Assembly (NCBI GenBank): GCA_002104945.1
Contig: MCFH01000026.1
Location: forward strand, 1-64,000
Length of the DNA: 64,000 bases
Direction of reading: 5' to 3'
Origin: Piromyces finnis finn
Taxonomy: Eukaryota; Fungi; Neocallimastigomycota
In this document: piece after piece, positions 11,849-22,611 of the stretch
How the letters are laid out: each line of letters opens with the position of its first letter
Numbering within the stretch: position 1 is the first letter of the stretch
The notes under the pieces: generated by a model
What the model was told of the DNA's origin: nothing
Seen by the model: only the letters and a program-made list of their open reading frames with translations
The model's database searches: none
Translations under genes and position numbers: made by a program

Positions 11849-13930
11849 GTGGTACCCGGTAATACCACTTCAGATAATGATGCTCATGGTTTAAATTTTA
11901 TTCTTAAATTATTCAACCGTATTTGGGATGGAGATTTCCCCAACTCATGGAATGAATCCAGTATTGTTTCTATTCCTAAGAAGGGAGATTTGACAGATTG
12001 TGATAACTATCGAGGTATATCACTTATCAATAATGGCATTAAGTTGATTTCCAAAATTGTCACCACTAGAATCTCAGAATATGGTCTAAAGAATAATTTC
12101 ATTAGACCTGAACAATTTGGTTTTCGAAAAAAGGAAGAAAGTATTAGTCTTTTCATTTCAATCCAAGAAATATGCCGTAGACGTCAATTAGATAATAAAG
12201 AGACATATTTGGCCTTTTTAGATCTCAGGAAAGCATACGATTCAGTCCCAATTGGTAATATTCTCCATAAATTAGATTGTTTAGGAATCCGAGGTAAGAG
12301 TTTACAATTCATCAAAAATTTATATTTAACATCTAAGGCTAATGTCAAATTAGATGGACAATTCTCGAAATCTTTTGATGTGAAGAAAGGAGTCCGTCAA
12401 GGTTGCCCTCTTTCTCCTATTCTCTTTAATCTCTTTATTAATGATATATTTAGAGAGTGCGAAGATCTAGGAGTCAGTTTAGGTGACACTCGATGCTGTG
12501 GTGGACTTTTTGCAGATGATATAGTTATTTGTGCTTCAACAAGAGGATGCTTAAAAAAGATGCTTAGAAGAGTTAATGAATGGGCATTGTATAATGAAAT
12601 GGAATTTGGTATCCAGAAATGTTCAACGATGGTGATTCGTCCTGAATCAATAGAAAATCAGATCAAGAGAGATCCAACATTTTACTTAGCAGGACAACTC
12701 ATTCCAACTACTGATTGCTATACTTATCTTGGTGTTCCATTTGATAAGAATCTGTCCATTAAACCAGTAATTAAAGCTCTTAATAACAAGGTTTTGAAAG
12801 GGCTTTTCTCAGTCAGTAAATTCTTAAGAAATCCTAATATTCCTATTCCTTTCAAAAAACTAGTACTTAACTCTCAAGTGATTAGCAGAGTTTCATACTT
12901 TGCACCATTACTTGGATCCAACAAAGCTAGGTCTAGGATTGCTCAGAAGCATGTTAACAAAGGAATACGATGGGTTGCCGGAGTTCATAAAGCTGTATCG
13001 TTTATATCTTTATACTCTATTTCAAAAGATTTGAATATTCCTCCATTGTCAGCCAAATGTGCGTTAGCTCAGGTTAGATGTTTTAACAAATGGAAAAACT
13101 CAAATTGTATTATCTCACACCTTGTCAATTACATTCCTAAATTTAGAAAATACACGTGGTGCAAATCAAGTAGGACACTTGATAAAAAATTAAAGAAGCA
13201 TGGAGATGTTAAAGCAGTTAAAAACTTTTATTGGAAAGATCTCAAAAGGAATTCAATCAAAGCGCAATATTATGATGATAATAAATTTATTGAAACTAAA
13301 GATTTTATCAAATTATGTTATGAATACCCAGAGTTTTCCTATGGCTTCTACTGGCTCTTGAAAGCAAGAAGCGGATACAAGTTGGATGCTAGAGTTGCCA
13401 AAGCTGCTAAATTTGTTGATCCAGTTTGTCCTAACTACTGTCCATGTTGCAAGTGTGGTGTTCAAAGTATTAAACATTGGTTATTAGATTGTCCAACATT
13501 TAGAGATATCCGTATTAAACATTATGATTCTATAGTCCATCTATTAAATTTTTTCAGTCAACGTAATTCCAATAGTCCTATCAATAATAATGAAAATGTT
13601 AATATCAGTAGAGATAGCAATAACATTAATAGTAATAGTAACAATAGTAGTAATAACAATAGTAATAGTAACAATAGTAATAGTAACAATAGTAGTAATA
13701 ACAATAGTAATAGTAACAATAGTAATAATAACAATAGTAGTAATAGAAATAGTAATAATAACAATAGTAGTAATAGAAATAGTAATAATAACAATAGTAG
13801 TAATAGAAATAATAATATTAGTAATGATAACAATAGTGAAGATAATAATTCTAATTTAGATAGTAATTTAGTTAATAATAGTAATAGTTCTAATAATCCG
13901 GTGAATATTTATGATTATTCTAGTGTATGA
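11849..13930 (+). pseudogene. RT + CCHC remnant ORF of copy 3
   Basis: All RT motifs and the zinc finger are present. The native ATG frame ends at ...ACC CGG TAA just after the deletion, and the listed ORF start is a GTG. Confidence 0.85.
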
Positions 13931-14900
13931 AATAAAATATTTAAATTCTTTTTTGAGGGAAAAAGTCTTAGCAAAGTATAATAGTGATCTTTTTACATTA
14001 ATTAAACACAAAGTTATATAATTCATATCCCTGTAATCAATTTCAAATAAATGGAAAAACTCCAAATTTATTATTTCTTATCTGGTCAATTGTATTCCTA
14101 AATATAGAAAATATACATGGTGTAAATCAAGTAGGCTCACCTGACAAAAAATTACAGAAATATGGAAATGTTAAAGACTTTTTAATTGAAAGATTTCAAA
14201 AAAAGAAAATCATAATAACGAATTTGTAGAAACCAAAAATTTTATTAAAATAGGTTATGAGCACATTGAATTTTTTTATGCTTAATACTGGTTCTTGAAA
14301 GTAAGAAGTGGATACAATTGAGATACTAAATTTGGTTATCTAATTTGTTTGAATTCCTGTCTATGTTGAAAAAGTGGTTATTAGAATATTAAATATTGAT
14401 TAACTAAATATCCAATAATTTAATAATATTCTTATTAAGCCTTTCAATTGATTATCTTAAAAATCGTTATACAATTAACCTTATTAATAATGGAAATAAT
14501 GATTATAATAACGACATTAGAAATAATACTACTAATAATAAATAATATTAGAATAGATAATATTTATGAAAATAAGGAAGATGGTAATTCTAATTCTTCA
14601 AATATGAATAATTATGCTAATTTAAATAAAACATTCTTTCTTAGAGGGAACTTTAGCTTATGATGAACTACAAATCAATAAGGCGGAACATAGACATTTA
14701 AATGAACAATCCATTCATTGGTAGAAAGTCTCTCGGCTTTTTTTTACTAAAATAATCCCTATCATTAGTAGTCATTAGTAGATCAATGAAGCTACTTTTT
14801 TACAGATTTAGTAAAGTACCTAACGTATACAAGAGTGCTGACGTCATACCAATATGAAAAAGGAACATTACAAATGTTCCATACACAGAGTTCAGTGTTA
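13931..14900 (+). mobile_element. Old degenerate relic(s) of the same LINE family (3' part)
   Basis: Decayed matches to KIFKFLLGGRSF (13930-13970), KWKNSNCIISHLVNYIPKFRKYTWCKSSR (14049-14135), DFIKLCYEY...WLLKARSGY (14235-14325) and an N-rich segment. End point is approximate. Confidence 0.75.
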
Positions 14901-15324
14901 GTATTTCTTCGAATAAAAACATGATGAACTCATGAGAGAGTTTAGTAGACACCACACTATCCTACCTGACCTGATGCTACTTTTACTTTTTTATTTCATT
15001 TAATTTATTACTTTATTAGGTAAGGACTCATCCCAAAGAGCACAAATTACAGAGTTCATTGAACAAACTTTTATACAGCTTAAATAATTATTTTATTTTA
15101 TTTTATCTTTATAACTTTATTTATGACTTATTATATCAATATGTAAAATCACAAAATAAATAAATAAATACAAGAAGTTTATACTCTTCATAGAATAAAA
15201 AAATTTTTAAAGTTTTTTTTCTATAAATCTAATTGATATTAATGTATATATCAATATTACAATGTATTAAAAAAAAAAATAAATCTCAAAATTTTTTTAT
15301 TGTGGTGGTAAAAAGTTTTAACAT

Positions 15325-15430
15325 GAATGGAAAGAATTTTGCATGTGTAATGTTAAATTGTGAATATATGGAAGATCATCATTTTTTGACAGTAAATGTG
15401 GAACTGTTAATCAAAATGATGACTTTATTA
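15325..15430 (+). mobile_element. LINE relic (C-terminal segment)
   Basis: tcattttttgacagtaaatgtggaactgttaatcaaaatgatg aligns with the element sequence ccattcttgacggtaaccgcggaacttctaaccaaaatcatg. Confidence 0.65.
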
Positions 15431-15534
15431 TACAATATTATGACAGTTACACTAATTTTTGTCTCCTAAAAACAACATGCTTTTGTTGATTTTGACTCTT
15501 AGTTCTATTGATTGTTCCAAAGATAGCTCTTGGA

Positions 15535-15830
15535 TAATACTAATACTAATACTAATACTAATACTAATACTAATACTAATACTAATACTAATACTAATAC
15601 TAATACTAATACTAATACTAATACTAATACTAATACTAATACTAATACTAATACTAATACTAATACTAATACTAATACTAATACTAATACTAATACTAAT
15701 ACTAATACTAATACTAATACTAATACTAATACTAATACTAATACTAATACTAATACTAATACTAATACTAATACTAATACTAATACTAATACTAATACTA
15801 ATACTAATACTAATACTAATACTAATACTA
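15535..15830. repeat. (TACTAA)n hexamer tract, about 49 perfect units
   Basis: Read directly from the sequence; a short degenerate tail extends to ~15855. Confidence 0.98.
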
Positions 15831-16529
15831 CATACTAATAATACTAATACTAATAATAATGTGATAATAACATAATAACTCCTTCCTTTACCTCATGTGT
15901 TTTTGTATGAGTTTATGCGCATGAATACTTTTTTTCAAAGAATAATTTAATTTAATATAATATTAAATTTAAATTAAAATTTCTTTTTTCATCAATAAAC
16001 GGCTAATTTTATATTAAAAAAAATTCCAATCAGCTAAAAATGATTTTTACCCAAAATACTATGAATAATATTAAAATTATATTTTTTTACAATTGATTTG
16101 CTGGAAAAAAAAAAAGGATCAAATCCTTTTTAATATTATTTTATTTTTAATAAAAGAAATTAATAATATTAATTTTTTTTCTCACCTCACTTGTAAGTAT
16201 TATGCGGAAAAAAGTTAAAGAATTACTAAATGATTAACGGCAAAAAAAATAAAATAAAATGTATAAAAATGAAAATTATTTTCCTTTTTTTTTTTTTTTT
16301 TATTATTCAATATATTTTTTTGATAGAAATATACTTTATAAAATATTTGTAATATTTGTAAAATAAAAAAAAGTTTTATAAATAAAAATAACTACTACTG
16401 GTTAATTATTATTTTTATTAAATTTTTTAAAAAAAAATATTTTATTATTTTTACTTGCTAATTCAAATTAAATTAAATTATATATATAACTATTATTGTT
16501 AAAAAAGTCATTAAAAGTTTAATATCATC

Positions 16530-17948
16530 ATGAAATTTTTAAATACTATAGCTTTAATCGGTTTAGCCATTGTTGGTTCAAAGGCTATGAGAGATATCTC
16601 ATCAAAGGAATTAGTAAAAGATATCAAAATTGGTTGGAATTTAGGTAACACTTTAGATGCTCATTGTCTTGAATTCTTAGATTATTCCGAGGATCAAACT
16701 GCCTCTGAAACATGTTGGTTAAATCCAAGAGCCACCCAAGAACTTTTCGATAAATTAAGTGAAGTTGGTTTCAATACCTTCCGTATTCCAACAACTTGGA
16801 CTGGTCATTTTGGTGAAGGACCAGAATACAAAATTGATGATGCTTGGATGAAGAGAGTTCACGAAGTTGTTCAATATGCTATTAATACCGGTGGTTATGC
16901 CATTTTAAATGTACACCATGAAGATTGGAATTATGCCTTTGCTGATAATTTAGCATCCGCTGAAGTTATTTTAGAAGCACTTTGGAAACAAATTGCTGCC
17001 GAGTTTGAAGAATTTGATGAACATTTAATTTTCGAAGGAATGAACGAACCAAGAAAGGTTAATACTGATGTTGAATGGAATGGAGGAGATGAAGAAGGTT
17101 GGGAATTTGTCAATGAAATGAACGATCTTTTCATGAAAACTGTTCGTGCTTCCGGAGGTAATAATAAACTTCGCCATCTTATGATTCCAACTTATGCTGC
17201 TGCTCTTAATGAACATACTCTTGAAGCCTATAAATATCCAAATAATGATGATAAAGTTATTGTCTCTGTCCACTCCTACACTCCATATAACTTTGCCTTA
17301 GCTACAGATGATACTGCTGTTTCTGTATTTAATAATACTCAACCTATTGAATGGGCTATGAATAACATTAATACTTACTTCAGAAGTAAAGATATTCCAG
17401 TTATTATTGGTGAATTTGGTGCCATGAGTCGTAATAATGATGAAGATCGTATGAGATGGGCAGAATTGTTTGTTAGTAGTGCTAAATCCATGGGTGTTCC
17501 ATGTGTTTTATGGGATAATGGTGTATTTGAAGGAGATGGTGAACGTTTTGGTATTATTGATCGTTCCGAATTAACAATTACTTATCCATTATATCTTAAA
17601 GGATTAATGGCAGGTATTGGCAAAAATATTAATATTTCCGATTTTGAAACAACCCCATCTACTCCAACTACTACAATTCCAGCTATTATTGAAACCCCAA
17701 CTATTGATACTCCAGTTAATCCACCAGTTATTGAAACTCCACCAGTTATTGACACTCCAGTTAATCCACCAGTTATTGATAATGCTACTAATAACGAAGA
17801 TTATCTTTCATGTGCCAAGGATGATTATCAATGCAAATCTAAAAAATCAGAAGAATGTTACAAAAAGGTTTCTGAATGTTGGAATTCTCAACAAGACCAA
17901 AGCGCATGTATTAGTTTAGGTAATACATGTAGTAAAATATGGAATTAA
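16530..17948 (+). CDS. Secreted GH5 endoglucanase (GH5_4-like), intronless, with P/T linker and C-terminal 6-Cys module
   Basis: Signal peptide MKFLNTIALIGLAIVGSKA; GWNLGNTLDA, FRIPTTW, ILNVHHE, acid/base EGMNEP, HSYTP, nucleophile IGEFG, WDNG. Confidence 0.95.
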   Translation: MKFLNTIALIGLAIVGSKAMRDISSKELVKDIKIGWNLGNTLDAHCLEFLDYSEDQTASETCWLNPRATQELFDKLSEVGFNTFRIPTTWTGHFGEGPEYKIDDAWMKRVHEVVQYAINTGGYAILNVHHEDWNYAFADNLASAEVILEALWKQIAAEFEEFDEHLIFEGMNEPRKVNTDVEWNGGDEEGWEFVNEMNDLFMKTVRASGGNNKLRHLMIPTYAAALNEHTLEAYKYPNNDDKVIVSVHSYTPYNFALATDDTAVSVFNNTQPIEWAMNNINTYFRSKDIPVIIGEFGAMSRNNDEDRMRWAELFVSSAKSMGVPCVLWDNGVFEGDGERFGIIDRSELTITYPLYLKGLMAGIGKNINISDFETTPSTPTTTIPAIIETPTIDTPVNPPVIETPPVIDTPVNPPVIDNATNNEDYLSCAKDDYQCKSKKSEECYKKVSECWNSQQDQSACISLGNTCSKIWN

Positions 17949-18289
17949 ATTTAAATGTATTATTTTAAATTCAAAAAACTTTTTTCTTTAATTGTATTTA
18001 ATTACCATTTTAAATTTTATTATTTTTATTTTTGAAAGTTTTTTTTTTTTTTTAAAAAAATTATTGCGAATTACTTTATAACTTCATTTTTATTCTTATT
18101 AATTTCCTATTTAGTTTTTAATTAATATTAAATCAATATGTAAAAATTTTGTAAAAAAAAAAAGTATTATAAATATTTAATATTTGACACTTTTAAAAAA
18201 TATAATAAAATCATTAAAAAAAGTATATATATATATAAATTAATTACATGAATCATATTTTTGTAAGAATTGCGAAATATAGAAAATGT

Positions 18290-18440
18290 AGGTGTTATAC
18301 AAAGAATTTAACTGCTTTTTCAATTGCTAATTAGATCAACATTACTATAATAAATGAAATTGATAAATCGTTATTTAATATATATCATAACAATTCTTTA
18401 ATCTTCTGAAAATCAAATTGAAGCTTTATAAAGAATTCAA
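18290..18440 (+). mobile_element. LINE relic (post-APE linker region)
   Basis: aaagaatttaactgctttttcaattgc...tttaatcttctgaaaatcaaattgaagctttataaagaattc aligns with element positions ~1928-2070 (KEFTSTAFSIA...FNLQKIKMKLYKRF). Confidence 0.7.
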
Positions 18441-18640
18441 AAAAAAAAAAAAAAAAAAAAAAACATATGATGATTATATGGTAAAATTATATGCTTTTCT
18501 ATTTAGATTTTTCATTTTTATGTAAATGTCAACATAATATGCAAGATATAATGACTAAATATCAATAATGTTGATTTTATTATTAATATTCCCTTAAGAA
18601 AAAAAGATACGATAAGAAATTATAAGAAATAATACAATAA

Positions 18641-18740
18641 GAATATGAAACATATTGTAATGTATCAATAATTAGTATAAATAATAGAGTAAAGCTACAT
18701 TATAATATGATACAAAATGATAAAGGATAGTTGATCTTAC
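18641..18740 (+). repeat. ~100-bp direct repeat, left copy
   Basis: Matches 22612-22712 with roughly 7-8 differences counted by eye. Confidence 0.9.
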
Positions 18741-19205
18741 AATTTTTAATAATACACTGCCGTCATCACAATTAAGACAATTGTAATCTAAATTTTTACT
18801 CTCTTCATTACCTCTATTATAATATTAGTTACATAAAATATTTAAATATTTTTATTTTAATAATTAATATTTTTATTGTTAAAATAATCTGCAAATATTT
18901 TTTCTTTTAAAAAATTAACAATGGAATAATAATATTAATATATATAAATAAAATTGCAAATATATGATAAACTATAAAAATTATTCAAATTATATAATAG
19001 TTTGATGAATTTTTGCAACTAGTAATATATTGTTTTTTATTCCTTAAACTCTTCCAATACATTTATTTTCCTCCAATACTATTATGTATTTTTTGTATTA
19101 TTCTTTATCTTGTTCTTCACTTCCACTATTAATTTTGTAGTGGGACGAATTCATTTATAATTTATATATTTAATTATAATCAATTAAAATTTATATACTA
19201 AAAAA

Positions 19206-19293
19206 AATTATTATTATTTTTTATATGGCACTGTTATCACAATTAAAATAATTATTATTATTTTTTATATGGCACTGTTATCACAATTAAAAT
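19206..19293. repeat. Perfect 44-bp tandem duplication
   Basis: aattattattattttttatatggcactgttatcacaattaaaat occurs twice in tandem. Confidence 0.85.
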
Positions 19294-19625
19294 AATTATT
19301 ACCATAATATTCATGTTCATAGCATTCTTTTAAATTGTCATAACGCCATTTTATGAATACTCTTAATGTTTATAGTATTTATAATATTCTTTTTAATCTT
19401 CTTTAACTATTCTTCCAATTTATTTCCTTTTTATATTACTTGTAGTTTTTAGTTTTAGGCATATGATGAAATGATTAAATATTTAATCTATTTCAATTGA
19501 ATTATAAAATTTTTAAAAAATTGAAAAAAGATCACTTTTTAAACTTTTATATTATTAATATATTTCTTTACTTTTTAGTTTTTGTAATAAAAATAAATAT
19601 ATTAAAACTTACTTTATGCTATTTA

Positions 19626-22292
19626 TTATTTATTAAAAATTGATTTGAGAAAATTTTTTATTTTTACTTTGATATTTGAATCTGCACCTTTTTTATTTAA
19701 ATATTTAACTATTTCTTTGTTTCTTTGTTTACTTGCATAATGTAATGGCGTCTTTCCATCTTTATTTTTAGCATTAACATTTATTTTTTCATTTTCAATT
19801 AAATATTTAACTATGTTTTCATTTCCTTGATTGCATGCATAATGTAATGGTGTCCATCCACGTTCATTTTGAATATTAACATTTATTTTTTTATTTTCTA
19901 TTAAATATTTAACTATATTTGTATTTCCTTGATTGCATGCATAATGTAATGGTGTCCATCCATCTTCATTTTGAATATTAATATCTAATGTTTCATTTTC
20001 AATCAAATATTTTACTATATTTTCATTTCCTTGATAACATGCATAATGCAATGGTGTCCATCCATCATTATCTTTAATATTAACATCTAACTTTCTATCT
20101 TCAATTAAATATATAACAAGATTAGCATTATCATATTGAGATTGGCATGCGCAATGTAATGATATTCCTCCATTATTTCTTTTTATGTTTTCATCTGTCC
20201 CCTTTTCAATTAAATATTTAACTATTTTCTCATTTCCTATTTTACATGCAGAATGTAACGGTGTCTCTCCATCATTATCTTTAATATTAATATCTAATGC
20301 TTCATTTTCAATTAAATATTTAACTATTTCTTCATTTCTATGACCACATGCACAATGTAATGGTGTACATCCATCATTATCTTTAATATTAACATCTAAT
20401 CCTCTATCTTCGATTAAATATTTAACAAGATTAACATTTTCTTTTTGTGCTTCGCATGCATAATGCAATAATATTTTTCCATCATTACTTTTTATATTTT
20501 CATCCGCTCCTTTTTCTATCAAATATTTAACTATGTTTTCATTTCCTTGATTGCATGCATAATATAATGGTGTCCATCCACATTCATTTTGAATATTAAC
20601 ATTTATTTTTTTATTTTCTATTAAATATTTAACTATGTTTTCATTTCCTTGATTGCATGCATAATGTAACGGTGTCTCTCCATAATTATTTTGTATATTT
20701 ATGTCTATTTTTTCATTTTTAATTAAATATTTAATTATTTCTTCATTTCCTTGATTGCATGCACATTGTAATGGCGTCTTTCCATATTCGTTTTTAATAT
20801 TAATATCTAATCCTCTATCTTCAATTAAATATTTAACAAGATTAACATTTTCTTTTTGTGCTTCGCATACATAATGTAATGATATTTTTCCATAGTTATT
20901 TTTTATATTTTCATCTGCCCCCTTCTCAATTAAATATTTAATTATTTTTTCATTTCCTCGATCACATGCATAATGTAGTGGTGTACATCCATCATTATCT
21001 TTACTATTAACATCTAATCCTCTATCTTCGATTAAATATTTAACAAGATTAACATTTTCTCTTTCTGCTTCGCATGCATAATGTAATGATATTTTTCCAT
21101 CATTACTTTTTATATTTTCATCCGCTCCTTTTTCTATCAAATATTTAACTATGTTTTCATTTCCTTGACTGTATGCATAATGTAATGGTGTCCATCCACG
21201 TTCATTTTGAATATTTACATCTATTTTTTCATTTTCAATTAAATATTTAACTATTTTTTCATTTCCTTTATTGCATACATAATGTAATGGTGTCCATCCA
21301 CATTCATTTTGAATATTTACATCTATTTTTTCATTTTCAATTAAATATTTAACTATGTTTTCATTTCCTTGACTGCATGCATAATGTAACGGTGTCTCTC
21401 CATAATTATTTTGTATATTTATGTCTATTTTTTCATTTTTAATTAAATATTTAATTATTTCTTCATTTCCTTGATTGCATGCACATTGTAATGGCGTCTT
21501 TCCATATTCGTTTTTAATATTAATATCTAATCCTCTATCTTCAATTAAATATTTAACAAGATTAACATTTTCTTTTTGTGCTTCGCATGCATAATGTAAT
21601 GATATTTTTCCATAGTTATTTTTTATATTTTCATCTGCTCCTTTTTCAATTAAATAGTTAACTATATTTTCATTTCCTTGATTGCATGCACAATGTAATG
21701 GCGTCTTTCCATATTCATTTTTAATATTAATATCTAATCCTCTATCTTCAATTAAATATTTAACAAGATTAACATTTTCTCTTTCTGCTTCGCATGCATA
21801 ATGTAATGATATTTCTCCATCATTATTACTTATATTCTCATCTGCTCCTTTTTCTATTAAGTATTTCACAATATTTTCATATCCTTTTTTACAGGCATAA
21901 TGTAACGAAGTCCAATTATTATTATCTTGTTTGTTGATATCTATATCTCCTTTTCTATTAGTAATTAAATATTTAACAATATTGATGTTTTCTTTTTCTG
22001 CCTGACATGCAAAATGTAAAGGTGTATGTCCATCCTTGTTTTGTATATTGACATCTGCACCTTTATCAATTAAATATTTTACAATAGCTTCACTTCCCTT
22101 TTTGCAAGCATAATGTAAAAGAATACAATTATCATTATCTTTTTTATTTATATCAATTCTTAATTCTTCAATATTATGTTTAAATGACAATATATCGTCA
22201 TCATTGAAAGAAAATCTTTCAGAAAAAAAAATTACCGTTTCGTTTAACGACTCATTAATGTCATTCGTATCATCTGAATCATTAAAGCTCAT
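19626..22292 (-). CDS. Ankyrin-repeat protein (888 aa, more than 20 repeats), intronless
   Basis: Recurrent G.TPLHYAC..GNE.IVKYLIE.GAD.NI units, with DNA-level block duplications (20641 vs 21361). Confidence 0.95.
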   Translation of the reverse strand: MSFNDSDDTNDINESLNETVIFFSERFSFNDDDILSFKHNIEELRIDINKKDNDNCILLHYACKKGSEAIVKYLIDKGADVNIQNKDGHTPLHFACQAEKENINIVKYLITNRKGDIDINKQDNNNWTSLHYACKKGYENIVKYLIEKGADENISNNDGEISLHYACEAERENVNLVKYLIEDRGLDINIKNEYGKTPLHCACNQGNENIVNYLIEKGADENIKNNYGKISLHYACEAQKENVNLVKYLIEDRGLDINIKNEYGKTPLQCACNQGNEEIIKYLIKNEKIDINIQNNYGETPLHYACSQGNENIVKYLIENEKIDVNIQNECGWTPLHYVCNKGNEKIVKYLIENEKIDVNIQNERGWTPLHYAYSQGNENIVKYLIEKGADENIKSNDGKISLHYACEAERENVNLVKYLIEDRGLDVNSKDNDGCTPLHYACDRGNEKIIKYLIEKGADENIKNNYGKISLHYVCEAQKENVNLVKYLIEDRGLDINIKNEYGKTPLQCACNQGNEEIIKYLIKNEKIDINIQNNYGETPLHYACNQGNENIVKYLIENKKINVNIQNECGWTPLYYACNQGNENIVKYLIEKGADENIKSNDGKILLHYACEAQKENVNLVKYLIEDRGLDVNIKDNDGCTPLHCACGHRNEEIVKYLIENEALDINIKDNDGETPLHSACKIGNEKIVKYLIEKGTDENIKRNNGGISLHCACQSQYDNANLVIYLIEDRKLDVNIKDNDGWTPLHYACYQGNENIVKYLIENETLDINIQNEDGWTPLHYACNQGNTNIVKYLIENKKINVNIQNERGWTPLHYACNQGNENIVKYLIENEKINVNAKNKDGKTPLHYASKQRNKEIVKYLNKKGADSNIKVKIKNFLKSIFNK

Positions 22293-22611
22293 TTCTAAAT
22301 AATAATTTCAAAAAAAAAATGAACACTTTAATAATAATAATAATAGCTAAATCCCTAGTGTATTTATGTTTGCTTCCACTTAATTATATACACACTTTAA
22401 TAATAATTTTATAATAAAATTAATTATAAAATTAAAAAAAAATTATAAAAATCAAATAATAAAATTTTTTAAAATTGTTATTTCATTTTTTATAAGAATT
22501 CATTTTATTGATGCCTTTTTTGATAAAATAAAATTATTTCTTTTCATTATTAATTTTAATTATTACAATTTTTTTAATTTTTATATTTTATAAAGTTTTT
22601 TTTTTTGTCTA

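Larger units (their letters stand above)
10816..13930 (+). mobile_element. Non-LTR retrotransposon copy 3; internally deleted (APE lost) and lacking its own 3' UTR and poly(A)
   Basis: Leader and ATG (11809) as in the other copies. ggtacCCGGT is joined to aataccac at 11856-11860. Sequence diverges sharply from ~13927. Confidence 0.9.

Noticed and set aside
15380-15405. All three CpGs of gaCGgtaacCGCGg mutated to CA/TG in a relic, suggesting methylation-driven decay
   Set aside because: CpGs are retained in the 25.1-kb relic, and there are too few sites to separate this from general AT drift.
13558-15875. Poly-L, poly-IV, poly-IL and poly-NT ORFs
   Set aside because: They are translations of the N-rich coding repeats and the (TACTAA)n tract.
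19000-19500. Possible decayed coding sequence on the minus strand downstream of the ankyrin gene
   Set aside because: Multiple stops and no recognisable motif.
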